This document shows, piece after piece, positions 49,640-57,956 of a stretch of DNA of 64,000 nucleotides. The stretch's first letter is position 1. The number at the start of each line of letters is the position of its first letter. The stretch is from a virus. A program made the position numbers and the translations under genes. Below the pieces are notes generated by a model, which was not told the DNA's origin, ran no database searches, and was given only the letters and a program-made list of their open reading frames with translations. The stretch spans positions 1 through 64,000 of IMG/VR virus record IMGVR_UViG_3300036795_000143; one strand, 5' to 3'.

Positions 49640-50127
49640 ATAAGCCACCTAGGCGGTACGAAGCCTAGGGACGTCCAGGCAGCTAACCCGCGAGGGAACC
49701 ACCTAGGACGCCGCCCTGATGATCGCAACTGGGCAAAACCGATTCTTCCGGATCGGGTGTCTCGAACTTGACCCCGTTCTAGGTGGCCCTGGCAGTAGAT
49801 CATTTACTGAGGTGCGGGGTTACGGAGGTGATCCGTTTGTCGGACCCTTCCCAGCTAATGGAGGCGACCGCGTGAGCGGCCTAATTGCCCTCTATGCCAC
49901 CAGACACCCTATCCGGGTATTTCCTTAGGTAAACCGAGTGCGGTAAGCCGCGCCGTGGCTGCGATGTTTGGATGATCTTACCCACATTGCCCCGGTGCGC
50001 GGCCTCGGTTCACCACATCGCAGATGTTGCCAGACCGACTAGGTCCGCTGGTGAGCCGTAATGGCGCCGCAGGTGGCAATCCCGGGCTATGCCCGTGCGA
50101 GCGGTTCGATTCCGTCGTTTGCGGCCA
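49640..50127 (+). ncRNA. Candidate large structured ncRNA ending in a tRNA-like element
   Basis: Many nested and crossing helices, GNRA tetraloops, no credible ORF; ends GGTTCGATTCC...GCGGCCA. Confidence 0.55.
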
Positions 50128-50159
50128 CTCGAAACAAACAAATCCAGGAGGTTCGACCC

Positions 50160-50396
50160 ATGCCTAATACTGTTATTGCTGAACATATAGTGCCGGGAAC
50201 TGACGTAACGATTACCGTTTCGCGTAAGCAAAGTGCAATAGACGGTAAGGTTTATTACCTGACAACGCGGGTTCCTGGCACTAGTGATTTTGTCAACTAC
50301 TTGCAGTGTGGTCGGCATACTGAAAGCGTCGCACGTGAGCAAGCCAATTTTCTGTGGGATGACACGGTTAAGCGCCGTGATGCTGCCCGGTTCTAA
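50160..50396 (+). CDS. Hypothetical early protein
   Basis: AGGAGG RBS. Confidence 0.6.
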   Translation: MPNTVIAEHIVPGTDVTITVSRKQSAIDGKVYYLTTRVPGTSDFVNYLQCGRHTESVAREQANFLWDDTVKRRDAARF

Positions 50397-50416
50397 CAAC
50401 CGTTTAGGAGCCCACC

Positions 50417-50602
50417 GTGTGCGAGATCAAACGGAATGCCGCTGTCACCGGTACGTATTGCCTAGCGTGCGACATTGTGCACGTGGCATATGGCGCGACG
50501 TTAGCGGAATGGTCGGCAGTGTGTAGGGACGCGGAACGCATTAAGCGCGTCGCGGTACTCGATCTAGTTCTCGCTGCCGCTGCCGCTGCGTTAACGCGCT
50601 AG
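50417..50602 (+). CDS. Small hypothetical protein; stop codon lies inside repeat copy 1
   Basis: AGGAG RBS; TAG at 50600-50602. Confidence 0.5.
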   Translation: MCEIKRNAAVTGTYCLACDIVHVAYGATLAEWSAVCRDAERIKRVAVLDLVLAAAAAALTR

Positions 50603-50937
50603 CGCGTTTCCTGACTGTCCAGCTCGCACGGCTGGACAGTTTGGGATGCCCGCTAGGGCAGAGTCACGAATCTGAGGATGGCGCGTCATGCGTTCGACTA
50701 TCACTCTCGAATCCCCTACTACTGTCACCCTGACTCATTCGGCCAGCTGTGCGGCTGCGCTTATCGCGTCCGATGCGCTGCGGTTGGCATTGCGGACCGA
50801 AACGAACCACACGGTTATACGGCAGATGAATACCACGCTGGCCGCCGTGTCCGCTCTGCGCAACGTGACCCATAAGCACTGCCAGCACTAGCCCACGTTT
50901 CGCCCACCGCAACGCGCCGCACGATTAAGGGTTAACC

Positions 50938-51075
50938 ATGTTCACAGTGTTTCGGATCTTTGTTTACGCGGTGAGGACGTACCCGGAAGTGCGCGCGCTG
51001 GTACTCGTTATCGGTTCGTGCCTTCTGGTTTGCTGCCTTATCTCCTGGTATCGCATGGTGGTGCCACTCCGATGA
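50938..51075 (+). CDS. 45-aa membrane peptide
   Basis: Manual translation MFTVFRIFVYAVRTYPEVRALVLVIGSCLLVCCLISWYRMVVPLR; ATGA coupling. Confidence 0.45.
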   Translation: MFTVFRIFVYAVRTYPEVRALVLVIGSCLLVCCLISWYRMVVPLR

Positions 51076-51323
51076 TTGATACCGCAATCGATCGTGAGGC
51101 CAGTCCGGCGCAGAATACCCGCTGGCTTCGACGGATGACTACTGCCCCGGCTATCAAGGGTCACAAGCTACAGCGCGGAACCGCTACCGCGTGGTGTGAG
51201 TGTGGATATTACTGCGGCACGACTACGTCACACGTAGTGCAGCACGGTGGCGCAGATCATATCGAGCCACCTGACGACGTTAATACGCGCCACGATTTGC
51301 ACCGCGTCATTATCGGCCGCTAG
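51072..51323 (+). CDS. Small Cys/His protein; stop codon lies inside repeat copy 2
   Basis: GH....CECG...H..H. Confidence 0.55.
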   Translation: MIDTAIDREASPAQNTRWLRRMTTAPAIKGHKLQRGTATAWCECGYYCGTTTSHVVQHGGADHIEPPDDVNTRHDLHRVIIGR

Positions 51324-51415
51324 CGCGTTTCCTGGCCGTCCAGTCGCTGGACGGTTTGGGATGCCCGCTAGGGCATCAATCGCCCACCGCATTACCGAAT
51401 ATAGGAGAATTTGTC

Positions 51416-52468
51416 ATGTCGAAGCAGACTATCGAATGGTTGAACACAAACGTGCTGGTCGGAATGACCGACGCACGCGGCAACGCGTGGCACTACCGGC
51501 AGAGCGCACAAGGTACGGAGTCGAATCACTACGCGGGTGCTATTCCGATCGAAGACGTCCGGCGTCGGTTGTTCTCCTGGGATGCGGTACCAGCGCGCGT
51601 GGCCGTCGAGGTCGCCGCGACAATGGAGAATGCAACCCACCTATCCGATGACGGGGTGCCGCTGCGGTGGGCAGTCCAGGAGGATCGCAAGGCAATCACC
51701 GCGTCCGACGACGGCACCGTGTTTGAAATGTTCAAATCCGGCTACACATCGCACCAATACAGCGAATGGCTACTGTCGAACGTGGGAACCATCCTCGATG
51801 GTGATCTCGGCATTAGTTCGGCTGGATTGCTCAGCAATCGTGGCGTGGCGTGGGTCGAGGTGGGAGTGCCGGAAACGATTAAGGGTCCGGCCGGTGTCGA
51901 TTTCCGCCCCAATTTGGTGGCGTGCACGTCGCACGATGGCACGCTATCGACGACGTACAAACGAACCGTTACCGCGACAGTGTGCGATAACACGCTAGCC
52001 GCTGCCCTAGGTGAGAAAGGGCAGACGGTGAAAGTCAAGCATTCGAAGTATTCCGGGCTGCGGATCACCGATGCGCGGGTAGCGCTGGCCATGGTCACCG
52101 AAACAGCGGACGCGTTCGCCGATCAGGTCCGACGTTTGACTGATTGGAAAGTCGGACCGTTACAGCTGAAGACGGTCATTAACGCGTTGGTGCCCGTGCC
52201 TGATGAGACGGGTAGGGCTAAGACAATCGCAGAGAAGAAGCAAGGCGAGATTCTGGCGCTTCTGGCTAATGATCTGCGTGTCCAGCCGTGGGCTGGTACC
52301 GCGTTCGGTGTTGTCCAGGCGTTCAACACTTGGACCCATCACATTAAGGGCACCCGTGGCAACGATGGCGGAGGCCGGGCAGAGCGAAACATGCTTTCCG
52401 CTCTGGACGGCAGCACCGATAAGTCAGACGCCATGGTCCTTAGCGTGCTGGCCGCCACGAACGTCTAG
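51416..52468 (+). CDS. DUF932 (TIGR03299-like phage/plasmid) protein
   Basis: AWH, V.RRLF.W, Y..HQY.EWL, SAGLL..G..AWV, TSHDG, VCDNT, KH, GTAFG..QA.NT. Confidence 0.85.
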   Translation: MSKQTIEWLNTNVLVGMTDARGNAWHYRQSAQGTESNHYAGAIPIEDVRRRLFSWDAVPARVAVEVAATMENATHLSDDGVPLRWAVQEDRKAITASDDGTVFEMFKSGYTSHQYSEWLLSNVGTILDGDLGISSAGLLSNRGVAWVEVGVPETIKGPAGVDFRPNLVACTSHDGTLSTTYKRTVTATVCDNTLAAALGEKGQTVKVKHSKYSGLRITDARVALAMVTETADAFADQVRRLTDWKVGPLQLKTVINALVPVPDETGRAKTIAEKKQGEILALLANDLRVQPWAGTAFGVVQAFNTWTHHIKGTRGNDGGGRAERNMLSALDGSTDKSDAMVLSVLAATNV

Positions 52469-52574
52469 GCCGTGTCGCATCACCTAGCGCGTTTCCTGCC
52501 GTCCAGCTCACCGCTGGGCGGCTGGGATGCCCGCTAGGGCACAGACCACCAAATCCAGCGGGAAGGACAGAATC

Positions 52575-53090
52575 ATGCCAGAAACCACCGTTAACGTAGA
52601 CACCGAGATCACCCGTGACGATATCCGCGCCATGCGTATGGCCGATTCCGTCCACTTCCATACTTATCAAGGGCGTTCGTGGATCGTTGCCGAACTGCGG
52701 AATTACGGCCTAGGCCGTATCTACACTGCGACCGAGCAACGGTTATTCTCCGAGGTCCGTAAGTACGGCGCCGATCGTTGCCGTGAGATCGCGGTAGCTA
52801 CTCAACGGCTAGAGGACTACTCCGGCCGTACTGGCGAGTATCAAGCGTTTGCCTCATTCTGCCCTAAGGAAGTGTGGCTGACTATCGTGGCAGCATTACG
52901 GCCGGGCGATATTCTCGGTTTCCATTGGGTCAGGTCGAACAATTCCGAGAGTATGCGGACGATTGGTTACCATCACGATCAGCTACGGCTGATTGCCAGC
53001 ACTCCAGAGCACAAGAATAACCGTCACTGGATTGTCCAAGACCAGTTTGGTCCGGATAATTCCGCGCGGATGGTGCTACGGAATGTTTAG
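52575..53090 (+). CDS. Hypothetical protein
   Basis: GAAGGA RBS after repeat 3; W.T....LR.GD...W...N..DNSARM. Confidence 0.65.
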   Translation: MPETTVNVDTEITRDDIRAMRMADSVHFHTYQGRSWIVAELRNYGLGRIYTATEQRLFSEVRKYGADRCREIAVATQRLEDYSGRTGEYQAFASFCPKEVWLTIVAALRPGDILGFHWVRSNNSESMRTIGYHHDQLRLIASTPEHKNNRHWIVQDQFGPDNSARMVLRNV

Positions 53091-53177
53091 CTCGCCTGGA
53101 TATGTTCCGCGCTGCTCACTTCGGGGGTGAGCGGTCGCGGTGGATAGTCCAGTCTCCAGCCGAAAGGATCCACTGCA

Positions 53178-53789
53178 ATGAGTAGCGACGTTGTCGAAGT
53201 CGACATGAACACCCTCACCATTCCGCGTGTGACCGTGCTTACCGGTCACACTTCCCCCGATACCGCGTACCTAGTAGAAGATTACCCCTATGGGCGCCGT
53301 TTGCGTTGCAAGATCCGCTATTGGATTGAGACAGCGGCTAAGGGCACGGCGAGGGGTCAACAGCGTTTCATGGCGCAGACCACTAACCCTAGGTCGCCTG
53401 AGCCGCACGACGTGTGGAATAGGCCGAAGGCCAGCACGTATTCGCAGATTATGGTTATGTACTTGGACGATATCGACCACGTGCATGCCTGGCACATTCC
53501 GTTGTGGATTGAGGGTACGTTCGACGCTCGCACTCGCGCGATGGGTATTTATGCCGGTTTGTCAAGTTACCAGCGGCAGCTATATGACGATATGCTCGCA
53601 TTCTCTCACAAGCATAACTCGATTAGGTGGGAGGATTACCACGATCGGGTGTCGACGCTAGCCGAATGGATCGCCACTATTGGAATGGCGCCGACGCTGC
53701 GGAACAACGTCTGGTCAAACGGCAATCGCCAGTTCTACCTCAGCGATCCCGCTGCGTACGTAACCGCAGCACGCGCGGCAATCGCCTAA
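53178..53789 (+). CDS. Conserved phage protein
   Basis: TAY.V.DYPYG..LRC.IRYWIE...QT.NP...WN.PK.STY. Confidence 0.7.
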   Translation: MSSDVVEVDMNTLTIPRVTVLTGHTSPDTAYLVEDYPYGRRLRCKIRYWIETAAKGTARGQQRFMAQTTNPRSPEPHDVWNRPKASTYSQIMVMYLDDIDHVHAWHIPLWIEGTFDARTRAMGIYAGLSSYQRQLYDDMLAFSHKHNSIRWEDYHDRVSTLAEWIATIGMAPTLRNNVWSNGNRQFYLSDPAAYVTAARAAIA

Positions 53790-53856
53790 GGCGAATGGTG
53801 CGGGATGCCCGCTAGGGCAACATCCGGAAATTCCGACGTGATGGAAGTGAGTAGCC

Positions 53857-54195
53857 GTGGACGGTTATTTGATGATCACTTTGGTGGTCAAAGCAGGCGA
53901 TGATCCTGCCCGTGCGAGGTCGAACGCAATCGGACGGCTTAACGAGTGGGTGACTGATCGGACGCTAGGCGGTTTCAATGGTGAGCCAAATCGTCCGGGT
54001 GCGCTTCTGCATTACTCAGTGCACGATGACACGGAAACGGCAGACGTCGCGGCGCAAGCGGCTGTAGTGGTTTCCGATGGTATGCACGCGGCAGCGTGTA
54101 AAGCGTTCGATGACACGCTCGCATGGCTAGGGCCACAGTGTGACCGGTCCGCACTCCGTGCGGCTGTTAAGGCAGCTCTCAATTACAGCGCCTAG
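53857..54195 (+). CDS. Hypothetical protein; stop codon lies inside repeat copy 5
   Basis: ORF bounded by repeats. Confidence 0.55.
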   Translation: MDGYLMITLVVKAGDDPARARSNAIGRLNEWVTDRTLGGFNGEPNRPGALLHYSVHDDTETADVAAQAAVVVSDGMHAAACKAFDDTLAWLGPQCDRSALRAAVKAALNYSA

Positions 54196-54279
54196 CGCGT
54201 TTCCTGCCGTCCAGCTGCCACGGCTGGATAGCGGGATGCCCGCTAGGGCAATCTATCTAGCCCTAAGGATGGCCACATC

Positions 54280-55122
54280 ATGAGCGATTACAGCGCCGAA
54301 ACGAGCGCACCAATCAGGAATAAAGCGGGTACGTTCCGTGTCCGTGTCGAATACGATCAGGATGGTACTGGTAACCCGCGTGACAATGATTGCAACACGG
54401 GCACCATGGTCCTATCTCACCGTGGCTATAACTTGCCGAGTGAAGGGGACGTCTCGTTCATCGATCAAATCGATAGGGCTATGGAGCGTGGCGGGCCGCT
54501 CCTAGCGGCACGGTATTTGCGGTATTTGACTTTGACCACAGCGGCTAACGCGGTAGTCCTCACCGTCTACGGGTACGACCACGGGCAACTGAGGCTTAAG
54601 GCAGGCGAGCGTACAGGCAGCTTTGCCGATAAGTGGGATTCTGGTATCGCGGGTGTGATCTACGCGCTACGCGACGATATCGCTAAGGCTCACGAGGGCT
54701 ATCCGATGCCTAGCGATGACGATATCGCCACCTGGCTTAAGAGTGAGGTCCAGGAGTACGACACGTGGGCTAACGGTGAAATGACCGGCTTTATCGTCGA
54801 GGTGCAGTGCGGTAAGTGCCAGGCATGGCGACACGTCGATTCATGTTGGGGCTTCTATAGCGTGAGCGACGCAATGGAGCAAGGCACCGACCAAATACCG
54901 GCTGATCTTAATGGTGTCGAACGCTGCGAGTGTGAGTGGAAGCTGCCGCACCCGTTGAGCGATGCGGCTAGGGCAGTCATCGCGGCAATGTTTGGGGACG
55001 TTAATAGGTCCGGCGTTTCCGCACCGGATGCCGTATGGACCGAGATTCAGCAGGCTTTCCCGTTCGAGCTATTCGAGAATAGGCCGGACGCAGTGACTTA
55101 CGATCCAGAAGCGGGATGGTAA
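54280..55122 (+). CDS. Conserved phage/ICE protein
   Basis: NPR..D.N.G.M, Y.YDH, WDSG..G, EV..Y..W..G...G, DSCWGFY. Confidence 0.7.
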   Translation: MSDYSAETSAPIRNKAGTFRVRVEYDQDGTGNPRDNDCNTGTMVLSHRGYNLPSEGDVSFIDQIDRAMERGGPLLAARYLRYLTLTTAANAVVLTVYGYDHGQLRLKAGERTGSFADKWDSGIAGVIYALRDDIAKAHEGYPMPSDDDIATWLKSEVQEYDTWANGEMTGFIVEVQCGKCQAWRHVDSCWGFYSVSDAMEQGTDQIPADLNGVERCECEWKLPHPLSDAARAVIAAMFGDVNRSGVSAPDAVWTEIQQAFPFELFENRPDAVTYDPEAGW

Positions 55123-55126
55123 ACCA

Positions 55127-55528
55127 ATGATCACGATGGCGATAGACCTTAGTATGGGCGGTCCGGACGTCGATACCGTGCCGAGTGAGCTAGCTACGAT
55201 CCTCCGTGAACTGGCTACGCGCGTGGAGCGTGGCGAGGCCAGCGGACCTATCCGCGACGTTAACCGGAAACGGATAGGAGCGTTTAGCGTTACCGCGCCG
55301 TTAGTGCCGTGCGTCTACTGCGGTAAGCCGGTCGACTATGACCCGCTTGATCCGACGGACGGAGACGTGACCGATAAGGATGGTTTACCGGATTGTTGGG
55401 ATGCGCCTAGGCGCGAGTGCCAGGAATGCGGTAGCAATGGCGAGGATGACCCCGGATGCGGTGAGTGTAGCGATACCGGAAACTCATGGATGGGTCTTCA
55501 CGCGGTAAGAGCACAAGATGAGTCGTAA
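55127..55528 (+). CDS. Hypothetical protein; stop codon at repeat variant 6
   Basis: ELA.ILR.LA......G.IRD.N...G plus CxxC modules. Confidence 0.6.
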   Translation: MITMAIDLSMGGPDVDTVPSELATILRELATRVERGEASGPIRDVNRKRIGAFSVTAPLVPCVYCGKPVDYDPLDPTDGDVTDKDGLPDCWDAPRRECQECGSNGEDDPGCGECSDTGNSWMGLHAVRAQDES

Positions 55529-55637
55529 GTGCGTTGTCCAGGCGCCCGACCACCCGACTAGGGGGGGCCGGGCGTTTGGCCTGCCCGCTTAGGGCAACTA
55601 CCGCAGCACCGAACCCTAGCTAGGAAGGCTGGACACA

Positions 55638-55892
55638 ATGACCGGAAACGATGGCAATACCGAACGGGTGGAAGCTGCGCACGTCGCGCTTAGGGCGTTC
55701 GCTGGACACTGCGGGCCGGATGAATACGGCACCAATCTAGGCGACCCTGATGAGTTTCTCACCATTGCGGGTGACCTGATCGCTAACCTCTTGCACGCTG
55801 CGGACGCGGTAGACGTTGACGCGGACACATTGCTAGGCCGCGCAATCTTGCACTACTCAGCGGAAAGCACCACGCCGTACGACTTGCCCTAA
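55638..55892 (+). CDS. Small acidic helical protein
   Basis: N..R...A..AL......DLIANLLH.....A..HY.AE. Confidence 0.65.
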   Translation: MTGNDGNTERVEAAHVALRAFAGHCGPDEYGTNLGDPDEFLTIAGDLIANLLHAADAVDVDADTLLGRAILHYSAESTTPYDLP

Positions 55893-55923
55893 CCGCACCA
55901 CCCGAACCACGGGAAATCTCGCG

Positions 55924-55995
55924 AGCGTTGATATGGACCAATTGCTAAGCCGCGCCATCCTTCACTATTCAGCGGAAAGCAACGACGTTCCCTAG
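55924..55995 (+). pseudogene. Orphan 3-prime fragment of a paralog of 55638..55892
   Basis: Translates SVDMDQLLSRAILHYSAESNDVP*, versus VDADTLLGRAILHYSAESTTP. Confidence 0.75.
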
Positions 55996-56082
55996 GCGTT
56001 TCCTGACTGTCCAGCCGTGAGCTGGACAGTGCGGGATGCCCGCTAGGGCAGCGACTACCAACAGCCCTAGGGAGGGCACACC

Positions 56083-56583
56083 ATGGCAAGGCAGGCCACG
56101 CGCCGTAGGCGCCGTGATAAGGGTGCGACCGCTGATGATATCCAGGTGGGCGACCTGATCGAACCGAACAACAACGGGTACCGCGCCACGGTTTATTGGC
56201 GTGGCACGTCAAAGAATTGCACCGAGCCTCACGTAGTGCTGCGTTGGACGTATCCGGATGATTTCAGCGTGAACGCGGCGCACCGGGGGCAGTCCAGCGG
56301 CCGAATTTGTCGGCCGGGTGATCCGGTCACGCGTTGGCTGGCACCAAACGAAACAACTAGCAAGGACGGCACGGTGAGCGGTCCGGCGGCTACCCGTGAG
56401 CAGGTACGTGAGCTGGCCGGGGCTATCGCGGCGCAGGCGCAGGCCATCGCGGACGGGACGCACACGGCCTCCGTGTTCGCCGCTGTCTGCCGCGTGTGGT
56501 CCAACGCTGAACTGTTGAAAGCTTGGACGCGTGACGATAGGCAGGATGGGCCTGCCGATCGGCGCGGCTTGCATGCGGTATAG
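56083..56583 (+). CDS. Hypothetical protein
   Basis: GGAGG RBS after repeat 7. Confidence 0.5.
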   Translation: MARQATRRRRRDKGATADDIQVGDLIEPNNNGYRATVYWRGTSKNCTEPHVVLRWTYPDDFSVNAAHRGQSSGRICRPGDPVTRWLAPNETTSKDGTVSGPAATREQVRELAGAIAAQAQAIADGTHTASVFAAVCRVWSNAELLKAWTRDDRQDGPADRRGLHAV

Positions 56584-57037
56584 GCCGCTTGAGCTGCCCG
56601 GTGAGGCGACCGTGCCCGAGTTATCCCCGCAGCGCGCGCCGTGCCGCCGGTGCTGCGGGATTTGCCGCTATCGTGGGCCGTGCCTCCGTTCAGAACCGCC
56701 CCGTACTGCCCCGCCACGCGTGGGCAGCGCGGGGCGTTTTTGTCGTTTGTGGGTACCGCCGAACGGGTCGCGCCAGGCGGGTGGGCTGGGTTTGGGTACC
56801 GCCGAACGGGTGGTGCCTGTCCGTGCCTGCCTGGTCGCGGTGGGTCATGTCCGTTTCCGGAGGTTCGTCCGTTTGCATGTGCGAATCGGACATCGGGGAC
56901 GGACAGCGCAGAGGGGACGGAACGGCCAGCAGGGACGTAAGCGGCATACCGGTCAAACGGGACGAAGGGGGCAAAAGGTGCAAAAAGGATTCGATCTTGT
57001 TCGCGTCGGTGATCAAATCGGTTTGCCGGCAGAGCCG

Positions 57038-57334
57038 ATGATCGGCACCGTACTAGTCGTTCGCGGTGGTCCGCACAACGGGACCGCTGTGCGCCGCTGG
57101 GACGAACAGGGCTGGACTGTCGAGGACGGCACTGGGCGGCTGGTGTGGTTCGAAGTGTTCCGGCTGGCGTTGACCGCGCCGGACGTGGTGCTGGAGGTCA
57201 CGCGAGTGCGGAAGCAGTGCGGGTGGCCGCTGTGCAGGAAGGGTGGCTGGCTGCCGGTTGACCCACCACCGGATCAGGTTTACTGCTCGGACGCGTGCAG
57301 GCAGGCCGCGTCTAGGGACCACCGGAAAAGCTAA
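57038..57334 (+). CDS. Protein with a C-terminal Zn finger
   Basis: C...C....YCSDACRQAA.R. Confidence 0.5.
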   Translation: MIGTVLVVRGGPHNGTAVRRWDEQGWTVEDGTGRLVWFEVFRLALTAPDVVLEVTRVRKQCGWPLCRKGGWLPVDPPPDQVYCSDACRQAASRDHRKS

Positions 57335-57458
57335 AGCATGCTTATTTGTTCTGGCAACAAAGCATGCTTATTTGTTTAGGCAGAAAAGCATGCTTGTGAG
57401 CCAGACCAAAGCATGCTTTTATTGTTTGCCCACCGCACAGGAAAGACTGGAGTCTGAT

Positions 57459-57650
57459 ATGCCTAACAGGAAAGTAGTAGTCGAATGGTCTGTGACGGAC
57501 GTCACGGACTACCGGAGCACCGTTGAGATCGTCGGTGACGCGGCGCCCGAGGTCGCGGTGATCCCCCTGGTGCCCGACCTCGAAACGGAGGACAACGAGG
57601 TCACGGTCACCTGCACAAACCGCGTGATCACAGCGGTCACGGTGGCGTAG
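57459..57650 (+). CDS. Small acidic protein
   Basis: GGAG RBS. Confidence 0.5.
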   Translation: MPNRKVVVEWSVTDVTDYRSTVEIVGDAAPEVAVIPLVPDLETEDNEVTVTCTNRVITAVTVA

Positions 57651-57956
57651 ACCAAAGCATGCTTTCCACTGGTACGGCGATGGTGCGCCAGTAAGCCAAA
57701 CGCTTACGTAGGATCGGCGCGCACATAGTGATCTTGCCGTGCTCGACGACGAACCCAGCGCACAGGTAGCGGGTTGTCACCCGGTACAGGCCGTCGGCTA
57801 GGGTTCCGCCGGTGGTGGTCACCTCACGCTGATCGGGGCGCGGGGGGCAGCGCATCCGGGTTGTTGAGGTATCGGGTGCGGGCAGAAGATGTCTCCATGG
57901 TCCAGGCTTCGATGTACAGTCCACCGGCTGTCCTCCCGGCCACCACCACGACGAAG

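Larger units (their letters stand above)
50599..56050 (+). repeat. Family of ~57-62-bp imperfect palindromes: 50599-50660, 51320-51375, 52484-52541, 53802-53819 (half), 54192-54250, 55526-55596 (variant), 55992-56050
   Basis: Consensus CTAGCGCGTTTCCTG-(a/c)CYGTCCAG-loop-CTGGRYRG-n-GGGATGCCCGCTAGGGCA; all copies lie at gene junctions in the same orientation. Confidence 0.95.

Noticed and set aside
49716-49740. Hammerhead ribozyme (CTGATGA)
   Set aside because: No stem II followed by GAAA, and no matching cleavage-site arms
49640-50127. tmRNA or RNase P RNA
   Set aside because: The acceptor stem closes locally, there is no alanine-type GGGG..TCCACCA end or tag ORF, and no GAGGAAAGTCC motif
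50599-56050. CRISPR array interpretation of the palindromic repeats
   Set aside because: The intervals are 0.4-1.3 kb and contain whole genes; no cas genes are present
50599-56050. Intrinsic terminators
   Set aside because: No U-tracts, and the sequence is conserved beyond what termination needs; weak termination is not formally excluded
57333-57418. Mini-CRISPR from four AAAGCATGCTT copies
   Set aside because: The repeat is 11 bp with 12-15-bp gaps, too short, and further copies are dispersed
50902-57437. GCCCACCGCA upstream of several starts (50902, 51382, 57428)
   Set aside because: Only three copies of a GC-rich 10-mer at variable spacing; too weak to call
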